A stretch of 64,000 nt of DNA, taken from positions 52,604-116,603 of the forward strand of contig CALXVQ010000004.1 in the NCBI GenBank assembly GCA_944392135.1, read 5' to 3'. A model generated the notes under the pieces. The model made no database searches and had not been told where the DNA came from. It saw only the letters and a program-made list of their open reading frames with translations. This stretch comes from an uncultured Rickettsiales bacterium (GTDB lineage: Bacteria > Pseudomonadota > Alphaproteobacteria > Rickettsiales > UBA1997). The translations under genes and the position numbers were made by a program. Position 1 is the first letter of the stretch. Each line of letters starts with the position of its first letter. Below, piece by piece: positions 52,261-61,028 of this stretch.

Positions 52261-53392
52261 AGACTCTACCCACACATCGTCATTGTGAGACTTCGTAGAA
52301 GGAGTGGTAATCTTGTTATTCTTGACTTGTCATTGCGAAGGCCGAAGGCCTGTGGCAATCTCTTGATGTAGTACTGTGGCACTCAATTAAGTATTGCCAT
52401 TGCGAGAACTTGCTCCCACATCGTCATTGCAAGACTTCGCAGAAGGAGTGGCAATCTCATTTATTCTTGGCCTGTCATTGCGAGGCTTTGAAAAAGCCGT
52501 GGCAATCTATAAGAAATTAAAAATAAAAAACTGAAAATTAACATTTCATTGATAATTAATTTTTTAACTTGATAAAAAGTAGTGAATTCTTTTTCTTTTC
52601 TGTTTTTGTATTAACCTTTTGTGGTTTGTGGATTGCTTCGCTTCGCTCGCAATGACAAAAAAGAACTGTCATTGCGAAGGCCATTACTCCTACATTGTCA
52701 TTGCGAGACTTCGTAGAAGTCGTGGCAATCCATAAGAAATTAAAAATTGAAGCACAAAGTGAAAAAATGATAAGTTTACTTAATCATTTTAGCTTGTCGT
52801 CCCACTAAGTGCGAAACGAACGAAGCATAAGAAATTGAAAATTAATATTTCATTTAAAATTAATTCTTTGACTTGATTAAAAGTAGTGAATTCTTTTTAT
52901 TTTCTGTTTTTGCATTAACCTTTTGTGGTTTGTGGATTGCTTCGTCGCCTTGCTCCTCGCAATGACGAAGGGGTACAAGAATAGTGAATTCTTTTTCTTT
53001 TTTGTTTTTGCATTAACCTTTTGTGGTTTGTGGATTGCTTCGCTTTGCTCGTAATGACAGTACACCCACATCGTCATTGTGAGACTTCGTAAAAGTTGTG
53101 GTAATCTCGTTTATTCTAGGCTTGTCATTGCGAGAGTTGCTTACAACTCGTGGCAATCTCGTTATTATCGGCTTGTCATTGCGAAGGCCGAAGGCCTGTG
53201 GCAATCTCTTGATGGGGTACTATGGCACTCAATTAAGTGTTGCTATTGCGAGAACTTACTCCCACATCGTCATTGCGAGAGTTGCTTTTGCAACTCGTGG
53301 CAATCTCGTTATTCTTGGCTTGTCATTGCGAGGCTTTGAAAAAGTTGTGGCAATCCATAAGAAATTAAAAACTGAAAATTAATATTTCATTA
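52261..53392. repeat. GC-rich palindromic repeat cluster D (inverted relative to cluster C)
   Basis: 52285-52425 is about 95% identical by eye to the reverse complement of 45621-45760. Contains one 88-nt module in minus orientation. Confidence 0.9.
52747..52834 (-). repeat. 88-nt hairpin module, minus-orientation copy
   Basis: Reverse complement of the module at 44996..45083. Equivalent junctions at 52510-52540 and 53350-53385 lack it. Confidence 0.8.
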
Positions 53393-53486
53393 AAAATAAA
53401 ATATATATTTATATCAATAAAACAATAAGCTACAAGTAAAATAATACATCATATAAAAATATTAAAATAAATTTTTACTTTTTTGC

Positions 53487-53541
53487 TTGACTTTCCATAA
53501 AATTAATATTAAAACCATAATATACCATAAAATACCATAAA
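53487..53541 (+). promoter_or_regulatory. candidate mraZ promoter/operator: four CCATAA boxes phased at 20, 10 and 10 bp
   Basis: CCATAA at 53495, 53515, 53525 and 53535. The last two are exact ATACCATAAA 10-mers. A possible -35 TTGACT is at 53487 with a weak -10 TAAAAC at 53510. Confidence 0.45.
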
Positions 53542-53580
53542 ATGTATTTAAGGTATTAATATTAAGAAAATGAGGAGTTT

Positions 53581-54030
53581 ATGGCTTTATTTTTGTCAAC
53601 ATTTGAAAACAAAGTAGATAGCAAAGGTAGGGTGTCTGTACCTTCTCAATTTCGTAGTATGATGTATGGTAAAGAATTTTCGGGGATTGTGATTTATCAA
53701 TCTTCAATCAATAAATGTATAGAAGGTTGTAGTATAGAGAGAATACAAAAACTTAGTGAAATGATTGATGATTTAGATCCAACCTCAAAAGAAAGAGATG
53801 CTTTTGCAGCTGTTATCTTAGGGGGAGCAGCACAATTGCCATTTGATTCTGATGGTAGGGTTATATTACCTAAAAATCTTATGGAATTTGCTGGAATTAA
53901 AGATAAAGCTACATTTATTGGAAAGGGACAAACATTTGAGATATGGGAACCTGAAATGTTTAATAGTTATCTTAAAGATGCAAAAGAGCAAATTAAGAAC
54001 AATCCATTTTCAATAAAAAAGTTATCTTAA
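53581..54030 (+). CDS. mraZ: transcriptional regulator MraZ
   Basis: Two SpoVT/AbrB-like halves with DSKGRVSVPSQFR and DSDGRVILPKNL. Located upstream of rsmH. Confidence 0.9.
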   Translation: MALFLSTFENKVDSKGRVSVPSQFRSMMYGKEFSGIVIYQSSINKCIEGCSIERIQKLSEMIDDLDPTSKERDAFAAVILGGAAQLPFDSDGRVILPKNLMEFAGIKDKATFIGKGQTFEIWEPEMFNSYLKDAKEQIKNNPFSIKKLS

Positions 54031-54126
54031 AAGGGCGGTTATTTTTGGGAAAAATAAAAAGGGCGGTAAAACATTTTGGGAGAATTAGTTAGTATATTTG
54101 GGAGATTTCTAACTGGCTTTACCGCT
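54029..54126 (+). promoter_or_regulatory. GC-containing repeat block between mraZ and rsmH (function unknown)
   Basis: Tandem AAAAGGGCGGT..TTTTGGGA(A/G)AAT x2, a third TTTGGGAGA, then TTTACCGC complementary to GGGCGGTAAA. Confidence 0.35.
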
Positions 54127-54169
54127 AATTGATATTTTAGAATATTATTAAAAAAAGTCAAGTATAAAA

Positions 54170-55081
54170 ATGAAAAATTTGGAATATCATGTACCAGTAA
54201 TGCTAAATGAAGTTATAGAGTACTTGAAACCAAGTGATAATAAAATTTATGTTGACTGTACTTTTGGAGCGGGGGGATATGCTAGGAAAATACTTGAAGG
54301 ATCTAATTGCAAGCTTATTGGACTTGACAGGGATGTATCTGTAAAAATTTTTGCTGATGATGTAAAAAATCAATTTAGAGATAGATTTGAGTTTTATAAT
54401 ACTAAATATAGTGATATAGAAAAAGTATTAAATGGAAGAAAAGTTGATGGTATTGTTCTTGATGTTGGTGTATCATCAATGCAAATTGATAATGCTAATA
54501 GAGGCTTTTCTTTTCAAAAAAATTCAAAATTAGATATGAGAATGGGTGAAAATTTTATTTCTGCTTATGAAATTATAAATAATTATACAGAAGAAGAACT
54601 AGCAAATATTATATATAATTATGGTGATGAAGTCAAAAGTAGACATATTGCTAAGAAAATTGTTGAAACTAGAAAAAATAAACCAATAGAAACAACATTT
54701 GAATTAGCTGATATTGTTAGAAGTTTTTATCCAGTTAGGAAAGGAAAAATAGACCCTGCAACAAAGACTTTTCAGGCTATTAGAATTGCTGTAAATGATG
54801 AACTAAATGAATTAAAAAAAATTTTAGATATATCTAAAAGTATTTTAAATAAAGATGGAAGGTTGGTAGTTGTTTGTTTTCATTCTTTGGAAGATAAGAT
54901 TGTAAAAGATTTTATTAAAGAAGAAACAAATAAAGGAAAGAAAAATGATAAATATTCTAATAAAAAAGATGAAAGTGATTTTGAATTATTAACAAAAAAA
55001 GCTGTAATGCCTAGTGATTTAGAAGTTAAAAATAATATTAGGTCAAGATCAGCTAAATTAAGGGCTTTGAAAAAATGCTAA
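54170..55081 (+). CDS. rsmH: 16S rRNA (cytosine1402-N4)-methyltransferase
   Basis: HVPVMLNEV, DCTFGAGGY, DVGVSSMQIDNANRGFSF, FHSLEDKIVK. Confidence 0.93.
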   Translation: MKNLEYHVPVMLNEVIEYLKPSDNKIYVDCTFGAGGYARKILEGSNCKLIGLDRDVSVKIFADDVKNQFRDRFEFYNTKYSDIEKVLNGRKVDGIVLDVGVSSMQIDNANRGFSFQKNSKLDMRMGENFISAYEIINNYTEEELANIIYNYGDEVKSRHIAKKIVETRKNKPIETTFELADIVRSFYPVRKGKIDPATKTFQAIRIAVNDELNELKKILDISKSILNKDGRLVVVCFHSLEDKIVKDFIKEETNKGKKNDKYSNKKDESDFELLTKKAVMPSDLEVKNNIRSRSAKLRALKKC

Positions 55082-55464
55082 GAGTTAGTAGGTTTTTATA
55101 CATTTTACAAAATATATTATTAGTAATTTTAATTATATTAGCATTCTTAATGTTTGGTGTTAGATATAGAATGAAAAACATTATTAATAGTATGTCTTTT
55201 TTGGATAAAAAAATAGAAAAAATGTACGATGATAAAAAAATTTTAGAAGTTGAGTTAGTGTATTTAACTTCTACTGAAAGATTATTAGCATTAATAGAAA
55301 AAAAGCCCGAAATACTTAATAATAAAAAAGTTGCTAGCATTAAACAAGTAAAAACAGAGGAAGAATTTGAAAGCTTTTCTTTAAGTAAAGCTACAAATAA
55401 TCCTTATAATAATAAAAAATATGCAAAAACATTAACAAACTTTATAATTGAAAATGAAATTTAA
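55075..55464 (+). CDS. ftsL: cell-division protein FtsL-like
   Basis: Single TM (ILQNILLVILIILAFLMFGV) followed by a coiled-coil. Canonical position overlapping the rsmH stop. Confidence 0.6.
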   Translation: MLRVSRFLYILQNILLVILIILAFLMFGVRYRMKNIINSMSFLDKKIEKMYDDKKILEVELVYLTSTERLLALIEKKPEILNNKKVASIKQVKTEEEFESFSLSKATNNPYNNKKYAKTLTNFIIENEI

Positions 55465-56107
55465 AAATTTATATATGCCATTTTTGGTTTTTTTTATACT
55501 TGTGGTAATAACTGCTTGTATGATATTTTTTGTAGATGTAAAATTAGCTATAAATATACAAGACAACTTAAACGAAGGAATAAAACATACTTTTAGCTAT
55601 ATTACAGAAATTGGTTCTTTTCCATATATTTTTACTATAAATGTACTATTACTAATATTTTTAGCTTTTATGGTAAAATTTGGTAAAAATAAGGAATATT
55701 ATTTAGATAAGCTAAATTTATTTTTATATGGTGCTTGTGGTGAAGTTGTAGCTTTGGGAGCAACACAATCACTAAAATATTTTTTTGGAAGATCTCGTCC
55801 ATTTAATTATTTTAATGGTGATGCAGAAAGTATGTTTACATTTTTTAATTTTCAACATGAATACGTGTCTTTTCCTTCAGGACATTCATCTGGAATATGG
55901 GCTTTGATTGCTTGTTTATTTTTTGTATTTAAAAATAATAAATATACAAAATCGCTAGTTATAGTTGGACTTTTGATATCAATTAGTAGATTAATATTAA
56001 ATATGCACTTTTTATCAGATGTATTTTTTGGTGCAGTTTTAAGTATATTCTTAACCAAATATACAGCATTATTGATATCTAAAACTAATTTAAAAATAAA
56101 ATTTTAA
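55448..56107 (+). CDS. PAP2-family lipid phosphatase
   Basis: KYFFGRSRP, PSGHS and SRLILNMHFLSD motifs in a polytopic membrane protein. Confidence 0.8.
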   Translation: MKMKFKNLYMPFLVFFILVVITACMIFFVDVKLAINIQDNLNEGIKHTFSYITEIGSFPYIFTINVLLLIFLAFMVKFGKNKEYYLDKLNLFLYGACGEVVALGATQSLKYFFGRSRPFNYFNGDAESMFTFFNFQHEYVSFPSGHSSGIWALIACLFFVFKNNKYTKSLVIVGLLISISRLILNMHFLSDVFFGAVLSIFLTKYTALLISKTNLKIKF

Positions 56108-56109
56108 GA

Positions 56110-56877
56110 TTATATAAAGGTCATTGGGCCTTTTGAATTTCCATGGATGAATTGATTGATATATGGATTATCAGTTTCATCCATTTCTTTTACTGAACCT
56201 TGCCATATAATTTTTCCTTTATATAATAAAGCAACTTTGTCGGCAATTTTTCTAGCAGAATTAATATCGTGAGTAATTGTAATCGTTGTTGCTCCAACAC
56301 TTTTTGATGATTTGATGATTAAATTATTGATAACATCGGACATTATTGGATCTAAACCAGTTGTTGGTTCATCAAAGAAAATAATTTCTGGATCGGTACA
56401 AATAGCTCTGGCTAATGAAACTCTTTTTTGCATTCCACCAGATAATTCTGATGGATATAAATTAGCAACAGATTCATTTAAACCAACAACTCTTAGTTTA
56501 TCAATAGCAATGGCTTTTGCATCTTCTTTATGTATTTTTTCGGTATTTATAAGACGAAAAGCAACATTTTCCCATATTCTTAAAGAATCAAATAATGCAC
56601 CACCCTGAAATAAAAAACCAAACTTATCCATAATTTTTGATTTTTTAGATGGACTAAGAGTAGTTATATCTTGTCCATCTATAAAAATTTTACCACTATC
56701 TATATCTAATAATGAAGTAATGCTTCTTATTAAAACAGATTTTCCGGAACCGGAACCACCCAAAATAACAAGTGATTCTTTATTATAAACTTCTAAATTT
56801 ACACCATCTAGAACTTTTTTTGTATCAAAAGATTTATGTAAATTTTCAACTTTAATTTTTGGTTCCATTTTAATCAA
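56110..56877 (-). CDS. ABC transporter ATP-binding protein (MlaF-like)
   Basis: Walker A GGSGSGKS, signature LSGGMQKRV, Walker B IIFFDEP, H-loop. Confidence 0.8.
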   Translation of the reverse strand: MIKMEPKIKVENLHKSFDTKKVLDGVNLEVYNKESLVILGGSGSGKSVLIRSITSLLDIDSGKIFIDGQDITTLSPSKKSKIMDKFGFLFQGGALFDSLRIWENVAFRLINTEKIHKEDAKAIAIDKLRVVGLNESVANLYPSELSGGMQKRVSLARAICTDPEIIFFDEPTTGLDPIMSDVINNLIIKSSKSVGATTITITHDINSARKIADKVALLYKGKIIWQGSVKEMDETDNPYINQFIHGNSKGPMTFI

Positions 56878-56880
56878 TAT

Positions 56881-57459
56881 TTATTCAGCTTTTGGTAAAT
56901 TATTTGCTTCACCCATAACAACTTCTTTATTTTCTACTACTTCTTCTGTGGTTTCTGTTGTAGTAGTATTTTCTGTTGCTTTTTCACTAGGTGTTTCAGC
57001 AACCATTTCTAACTTTTCTTCTTCTATTGTTTCTGGTTCTTGTTTATTTTCAATAAATTTCATGGTTTGATTATCTTTTGTGATAATTTCCATTTTATCT
57101 TGATAAACTTTTATAATATTAGCATTATTTAATAAATCTAAATATTCTGTTTCCATTTTCATATCTTTTTCTGGACCAGCCATCATAGTAGAACCAATAG
57201 GAGATAATTTTAGTTCATTGTTATTCTCAATTTTGTAGCCAGCAAAATATCTATTTACCCCAGCAAAACCATATACTCTGTCTTGTGAGAATTCAATAGT
57301 TATTGATGTTTTTATTTCATCTTTAACATAAGAATATTCTTTGTTTAAAGCTGTGGAAAAATCTAACACTTTATTTTTATAGCCATATTTTTGTTGATAA
57401 ACAAACATTGATGCTATGGCTACTAATAATAATAAAATTGGTATTATAACTTTTTTCAT
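56881..57459 (-). CDS. META-domain (HslJ-like) exported protein with T/E-rich tail
   Basis: Signal anchor. GFAGVNRYFAGYKIENNNELKLSPIGSTMMAG...EYLDLLNN fits the META domain pattern. Confidence 0.6.
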   Translation of the reverse strand: MKKVIIPILLLLVAIASMFVYQQKYGYKNKVLDFSTALNKEYSYVKDEIKTSITIEFSQDRVYGFAGVNRYFAGYKIENNNELKLSPIGSTMMAGPEKDMKMETEYLDLLNNANIIKVYQDKMEIITKDNQTMKFIENKQEPETIEEEKLEMVAETPSEKATENTTTTETTEEVVENKEVVMGEANNLPKAE

Positions 57460-57546
57460 AATATTTTTAATAATTATTTATAATTATAAATAATATAAAA
57501 TTACAAAAATATAAATCAACTAAAATCATAATATTTTATAAAATAC

Positions 57547-57576
57547 TTGATAATTATTTGTTTAGTTTTATATAAT
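57547..57576 (+). promoter_or_regulatory. sigma70-like promoter TTGATA-N18-TATAAT
   Basis: -35 at 57547-57552 and -10 at 57571-57576, upstream of the pilin gene. Confidence 0.45.
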
Positions 57577-57595
57577 ACTATTATGTAGTTAAGAT

Positions 57596-58324
57596 ATGAT
57601 AAAAATAATGGTAAAAAATGCTTTTTCATTAGTGGAATTTTCTGTGGTGCTGATTATTATGGGGTTGGTTGCAGCTGGTATTGTTGGTGGAGCTAGTTTA
57701 ATTGAGAATGCAAAAGTACAGGCATCAATAACTCAATTTAATGATTTAAAAACATCATTAATATCATTTTCTACATCTAAAAATAGATTGCCTGGTGATA
57801 TAAATAATAACGATTGTATCGGTTATTATCAACCTGCTAAAAAGTGTGGAAATACAACATTTGAAACAACGGGAGATAATTGTGATTCATGTGGACATTA
57901 TATTGATGAATATGAAGATAAAAATATTAGTAGTGTTGTAGGACCTTTTGTAGATTTGTATTTATCTAAACTTCTTGCTTTTAAGCCTAATCCTAATTCT
58001 GATAATTTAGAATTGCTTACCTTGCCGAGTATAACTTATATTGATGATGTTTTGCCTATTTCTCAAATAGATAAGGAACAAGCAAAAATGTTTTTTATCA
58101 CCGAAGATGAAGGACCTGTTATTATGCATTATACTAAGGATGAAAATGCTTTGTATGATATAGCAACATTAGACCCTAAATTTTTACAAAAAATAGATGC
58201 AAAAATAGATGATGCTGAATATAATAAAGGAATTTTTAGAACTTCTGCTGACTATGAAATATCAATAGTAAATAATAACAAACTTGAAGGTTGTAAATTT
58301 TATATACCTGAATTAAATTTTTAA
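57596..58324 (+). CDS. type IV pilin / pseudopilin-like protein
   Basis: MVKNA|FSLVEFSVVLIIMGLVAAGIVGG: prepilin-type N-terminus with Glu+5 but Ala instead of Gly at -1. Two Cys pairs in the globular part. ATG 57608 would give a 5-residue leader. Confidence 0.8.
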   Translation: MIKIMVKNAFSLVEFSVVLIIMGLVAAGIVGGASLIENAKVQASITQFNDLKTSLISFSTSKNRLPGDINNNDCIGYYQPAKKCGNTTFETTGDNCDSCGHYIDEYEDKNISSVVGPFVDLYLSKLLAFKPNPNSDNLELLTLPSITYIDDVLPISQIDKEQAKMFFITEDEGPVIMHYTKDENALYDIATLDPKFLQKIDAKIDDAEYNKGIFRTSADYEISIVNNNKLEGCKFYIPELNF

Positions 58325-58352
58325 CTTGTAATTCTTATAATACAACCTATAT
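58325..58352 (+). promoter_or_regulatory. RpoH (sigma32)-type promoter candidate CTTG-N17-CCTATAT
   Basis: CTTG at 58325-58328 and CCTATAT at 58346-58352, 33 nt before the clpB ATG. Confidence 0.5.
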
Positions 58353-58384
58353 AATGTAGTAGTAAATAAAAAAAGGGGTTGTAT

Positions 58385-60949
58385 ATGAATTTTGAAAGAT
58401 ATACTGAAAAATTAAAACAAGCAATTCAACTAGCTCAATCGTTAGCTATTGCTGGACAAAATCAATTTATTACACCATTGCATTTATTTGCAGCAATGGA
58501 AGAAGATGATGATAAATTGATTTCTCAAATAATTTCGTCTAGCGGTGGTAATATTGATTTAATTGATGGTGAAGTTAGTGAAAGAATACAAAGATTGCCA
58601 AAAGTTAGTGGCGATGGTGTATCTCAACCAACTTTGACTAATGATTTATCAAGAGTTTTTGTTTTAGCAGAAAGAATTGCTGATAAAAGAAAAGATAAAT
58701 ATGTTACTCTTGAAGTTGTTTTGCTTGCTTTTTTAGAAGAGGATGGGGAAATTGCTAAAATTTTAAAATCACATGGAGTAAATAAGCAAGGACTTGAAGA
58801 AGTAATTAATAAGTTAAGACAAGGAAAGACAGCTGATACAGATACAGCAGAAGGTGGTTATCAAGCACTTGAAAAATTTACAAAGAATATTACTAAGCTT
58901 GCAAAAGAAGGTAAAATTGATCCAATTATTGGTAGGGATGAAGAAATTAGAAGGACAATTCAAATATTGTCTAGAAGAATTAAAAATAATCCTGTCTTAA
59001 TTGGTGAACCTGGTGTTGGTAAAACAGCTATTGTTGAAGGTTTAGCACAAAGAATTATTAATGGTGATGTTCCTGAAAGTTTAAGAGATAAGGAGATTAT
59101 GGCATTAGATATGGGTGATTTAATTGCTGGTGCTAAATATAGAGGCGAGTTTGAAGAAAGATTAAAAACTTTACTAAATGAAGTTGAAAAAGCTAATGGT
59201 AAAGTAATTTTGTTTATTGATGAATTACATTTATTAGTTGGGGCTGGAAAAACTGATGGAGCAATGGATGCTTCAAACTTATTGAAACCAGCATTAGCAA
59301 GGGGTGATTTACATTGTATTGGGGCAACAACACTTGATGAATATAGAAAATATATTGAAAAAGATCAAGCATTAGCAAGAAGATTTCAACCAGTTTATAC
59401 ACCTGAACCAACAATAGAAGATACAATTTCTATTTTGAGGGGTATTAAAGAAAAATATGAAATGCATCATGGAATTAAAATTAAAGATGATGCATTAGTT
59501 GCAGCAGCAGTTTTATCAAATAGATATATTACTGATAGATTTTTACCAGACAAAGCTATTGATTTAATTGATGAAGCAGCAAGTAGAATTAGGATGGAAA
59601 TTGATAGTAAACCAACAGAATTAGATGAATTAGATAGAAAAATTTTACAATTAAAAATAGAAGCAGAAGCTTTGAAAAAAGAAAATGATGAAGCTTCAAA
59701 AGAAAGACTAGATAAAATTAATAAAGAACTTGAAGATTTAGAAAAGAAATCTGTTGAAATGACTTCTAAATGGCAAGCTGGAAAAGCTAAATTAGAAAAA
59801 ATTAATGATTTAAAAAATAAATTAGATGATGCTAAATATCAATTAGAAGTAGCACAAAGAAAAGGTGATTTAGCAAAAGCTGGTGAATTATCTTATGGAA
59901 CAATTCCAACTTTGCAAAAAGAGTTAGCAGTTCTTGAAAAAGATAATCAAAATGTTAATAGTGAATGTGTAAAAAGAGAAGATATTGCAAAAATAATTTC
60001 TAAAATTACAGGTATTCCAGTTGATAAGATGATGGAAGGTGAAAAAGAAAAACTTCTTAAAATGGAAGAGTTTTTAGAAAATAGAGTTGTAGGACAAGAA
60101 AAGGCTGTTTTTGCTGTATCGAATGCTGTTAGAAGGAGTAGAGCAGGTTTGCAAGATGCAAATAGACCTATTGGTAGCTTTTTATTCTTAGGGCCAACAG
60201 GTGTTGGTAAAACAGAACTATGTAAAGCTCTTGCAGAATTTATGTTTGATGACGAAAAGGCTATTTTAAGAGTTGATATGTCGGAATATATGGAAAAACA
60301 TGCAGTTGCTAGATTGATTGGGGCTCCTCCGGGCTATGTTGGTTATGATCAAGGCGGTGTATTGACAGAAGCAGTTAGAAGAAGACCTTATCAAGTAATT
60401 TTATTTGATGAAGTTGAAAAAGCCCATCCTGATATATTTAATATATTATTGCAAGTATTAGATGATGGAAGATTGACTGATAGTCAAGGAAGAACTGTTG
60501 ATTTTACTAATACAATTATAATTATGACATCTAATTTAGGGGCACAATATTTGTCTAATTTAAAAGATGGTGAAGATGCTGAAAGTGTATTTAATTTAGT
60601 AATGGATGAAGTGAAAAAAGCATTTAGACCTGAGTTTATAAATAGGCTTGATGAAATTATATTATTCAATAGATTAAGTAAGAAAAATATTGATGGTATT
60701 GTTAAAATTCAACTTAATCAATTACAAAAACGACTTGAAGAAAAGGGCTATAAAGTTGAATGGACAAAAGAACTTTATGACTATCTAGCAGAAAAAGGTT
60801 ATGATCCAATATATGGAGCTAGACCTTTGAGAAGGGTTATTCAAAGGGATGTTGAAAATCTTTTAGCTAATGAAATAATTGCTGGAAAGATTATGCCAGA
60901 TAAAAAATTCAAGGTTGATGTAAAAAATGATCAAGTTGTTGTAGAATAA
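58385..60949 (+). CDS. clpB: ATP-dependent chaperone ClpB
   Basis: Clp N domain, two AAA+ modules ([18 protein letters not shown]) and the long middle coiled-coil. ATG 58385 follows AAGGGG. Confidence 0.97.
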   Translation: MNFERYTEKLKQAIQLAQSLAIAGQNQFITPLHLFAAMEEDDDKLISQIISSSGGNIDLIDGEVSERIQRLPKVSGDGVSQPTLTNDLSRVFVLAERIADKRKDKYVTLEVVLLAFLEEDGEIAKILKSHGVNKQGLEEVINKLRQGKTADTDTAEGGYQALEKFTKNITKLAKEGKIDPIIGRDEEIRRTIQILSRRIKNNPVLIGEPGVGKTAIVEGLAQRIINGDVPESLRDKEIMALDMGDLIAGAKYRGEFEERLKTLLNEVEKANGKVILFIDELHLLVGAGKTDGAMDASNLLKPALARGDLHCIGATTLDEYRKYIEKDQALARRFQPVYTPEPTIEDTISILRGIKEKYEMHHGIKIKDDALVAAAVLSNRYITDRFLPDKAIDLIDEAASRIRMEIDSKPTELDELDRKILQLKIEAEALKKENDEASKERLDKINKELEDLEKKSVEMTSKWQAGKAKLEKINDLKNKLDDAKYQLEVAQRKGDLAKAGELSYGTIPTLQKELAVLEKDNQNVNSECVKREDIAKIISKITGIPVDKMMEGEKEKLLKMEEFLENRVVGQEKAVFAVSNAVRRSRAGLQDANRPIGSFLFLGPTGVGKTELCKALAEFMFDDEKAILRVDMSEYMEKHAVARLIGAPPGYVGYDQGGVLTEAVRRRPYQVILFDEVEKAHPDIFNILLQVLDDGRLTDSQGRTVDFTNTIIIMTSNLGAQYLSNLKDGEDAESVFNLVMDEVKKAFRPEFINRLDEIILFNRLSKKNIDGIVKIQLNQLQKRLEEKGYKVEWTKELYDYLAEKGYDPIYGARPLRRVIQRDVENLLANEIIAGKIMPDKKFKVDVKNDQVVVE

Positions 60950-61028
60950 TTTTGTAAAATATCTTTACTATAAAAAATAGTATTTTACTATTAGTGTAGT
61001 TTATATTTAATATTTTTTTTAATTTATT

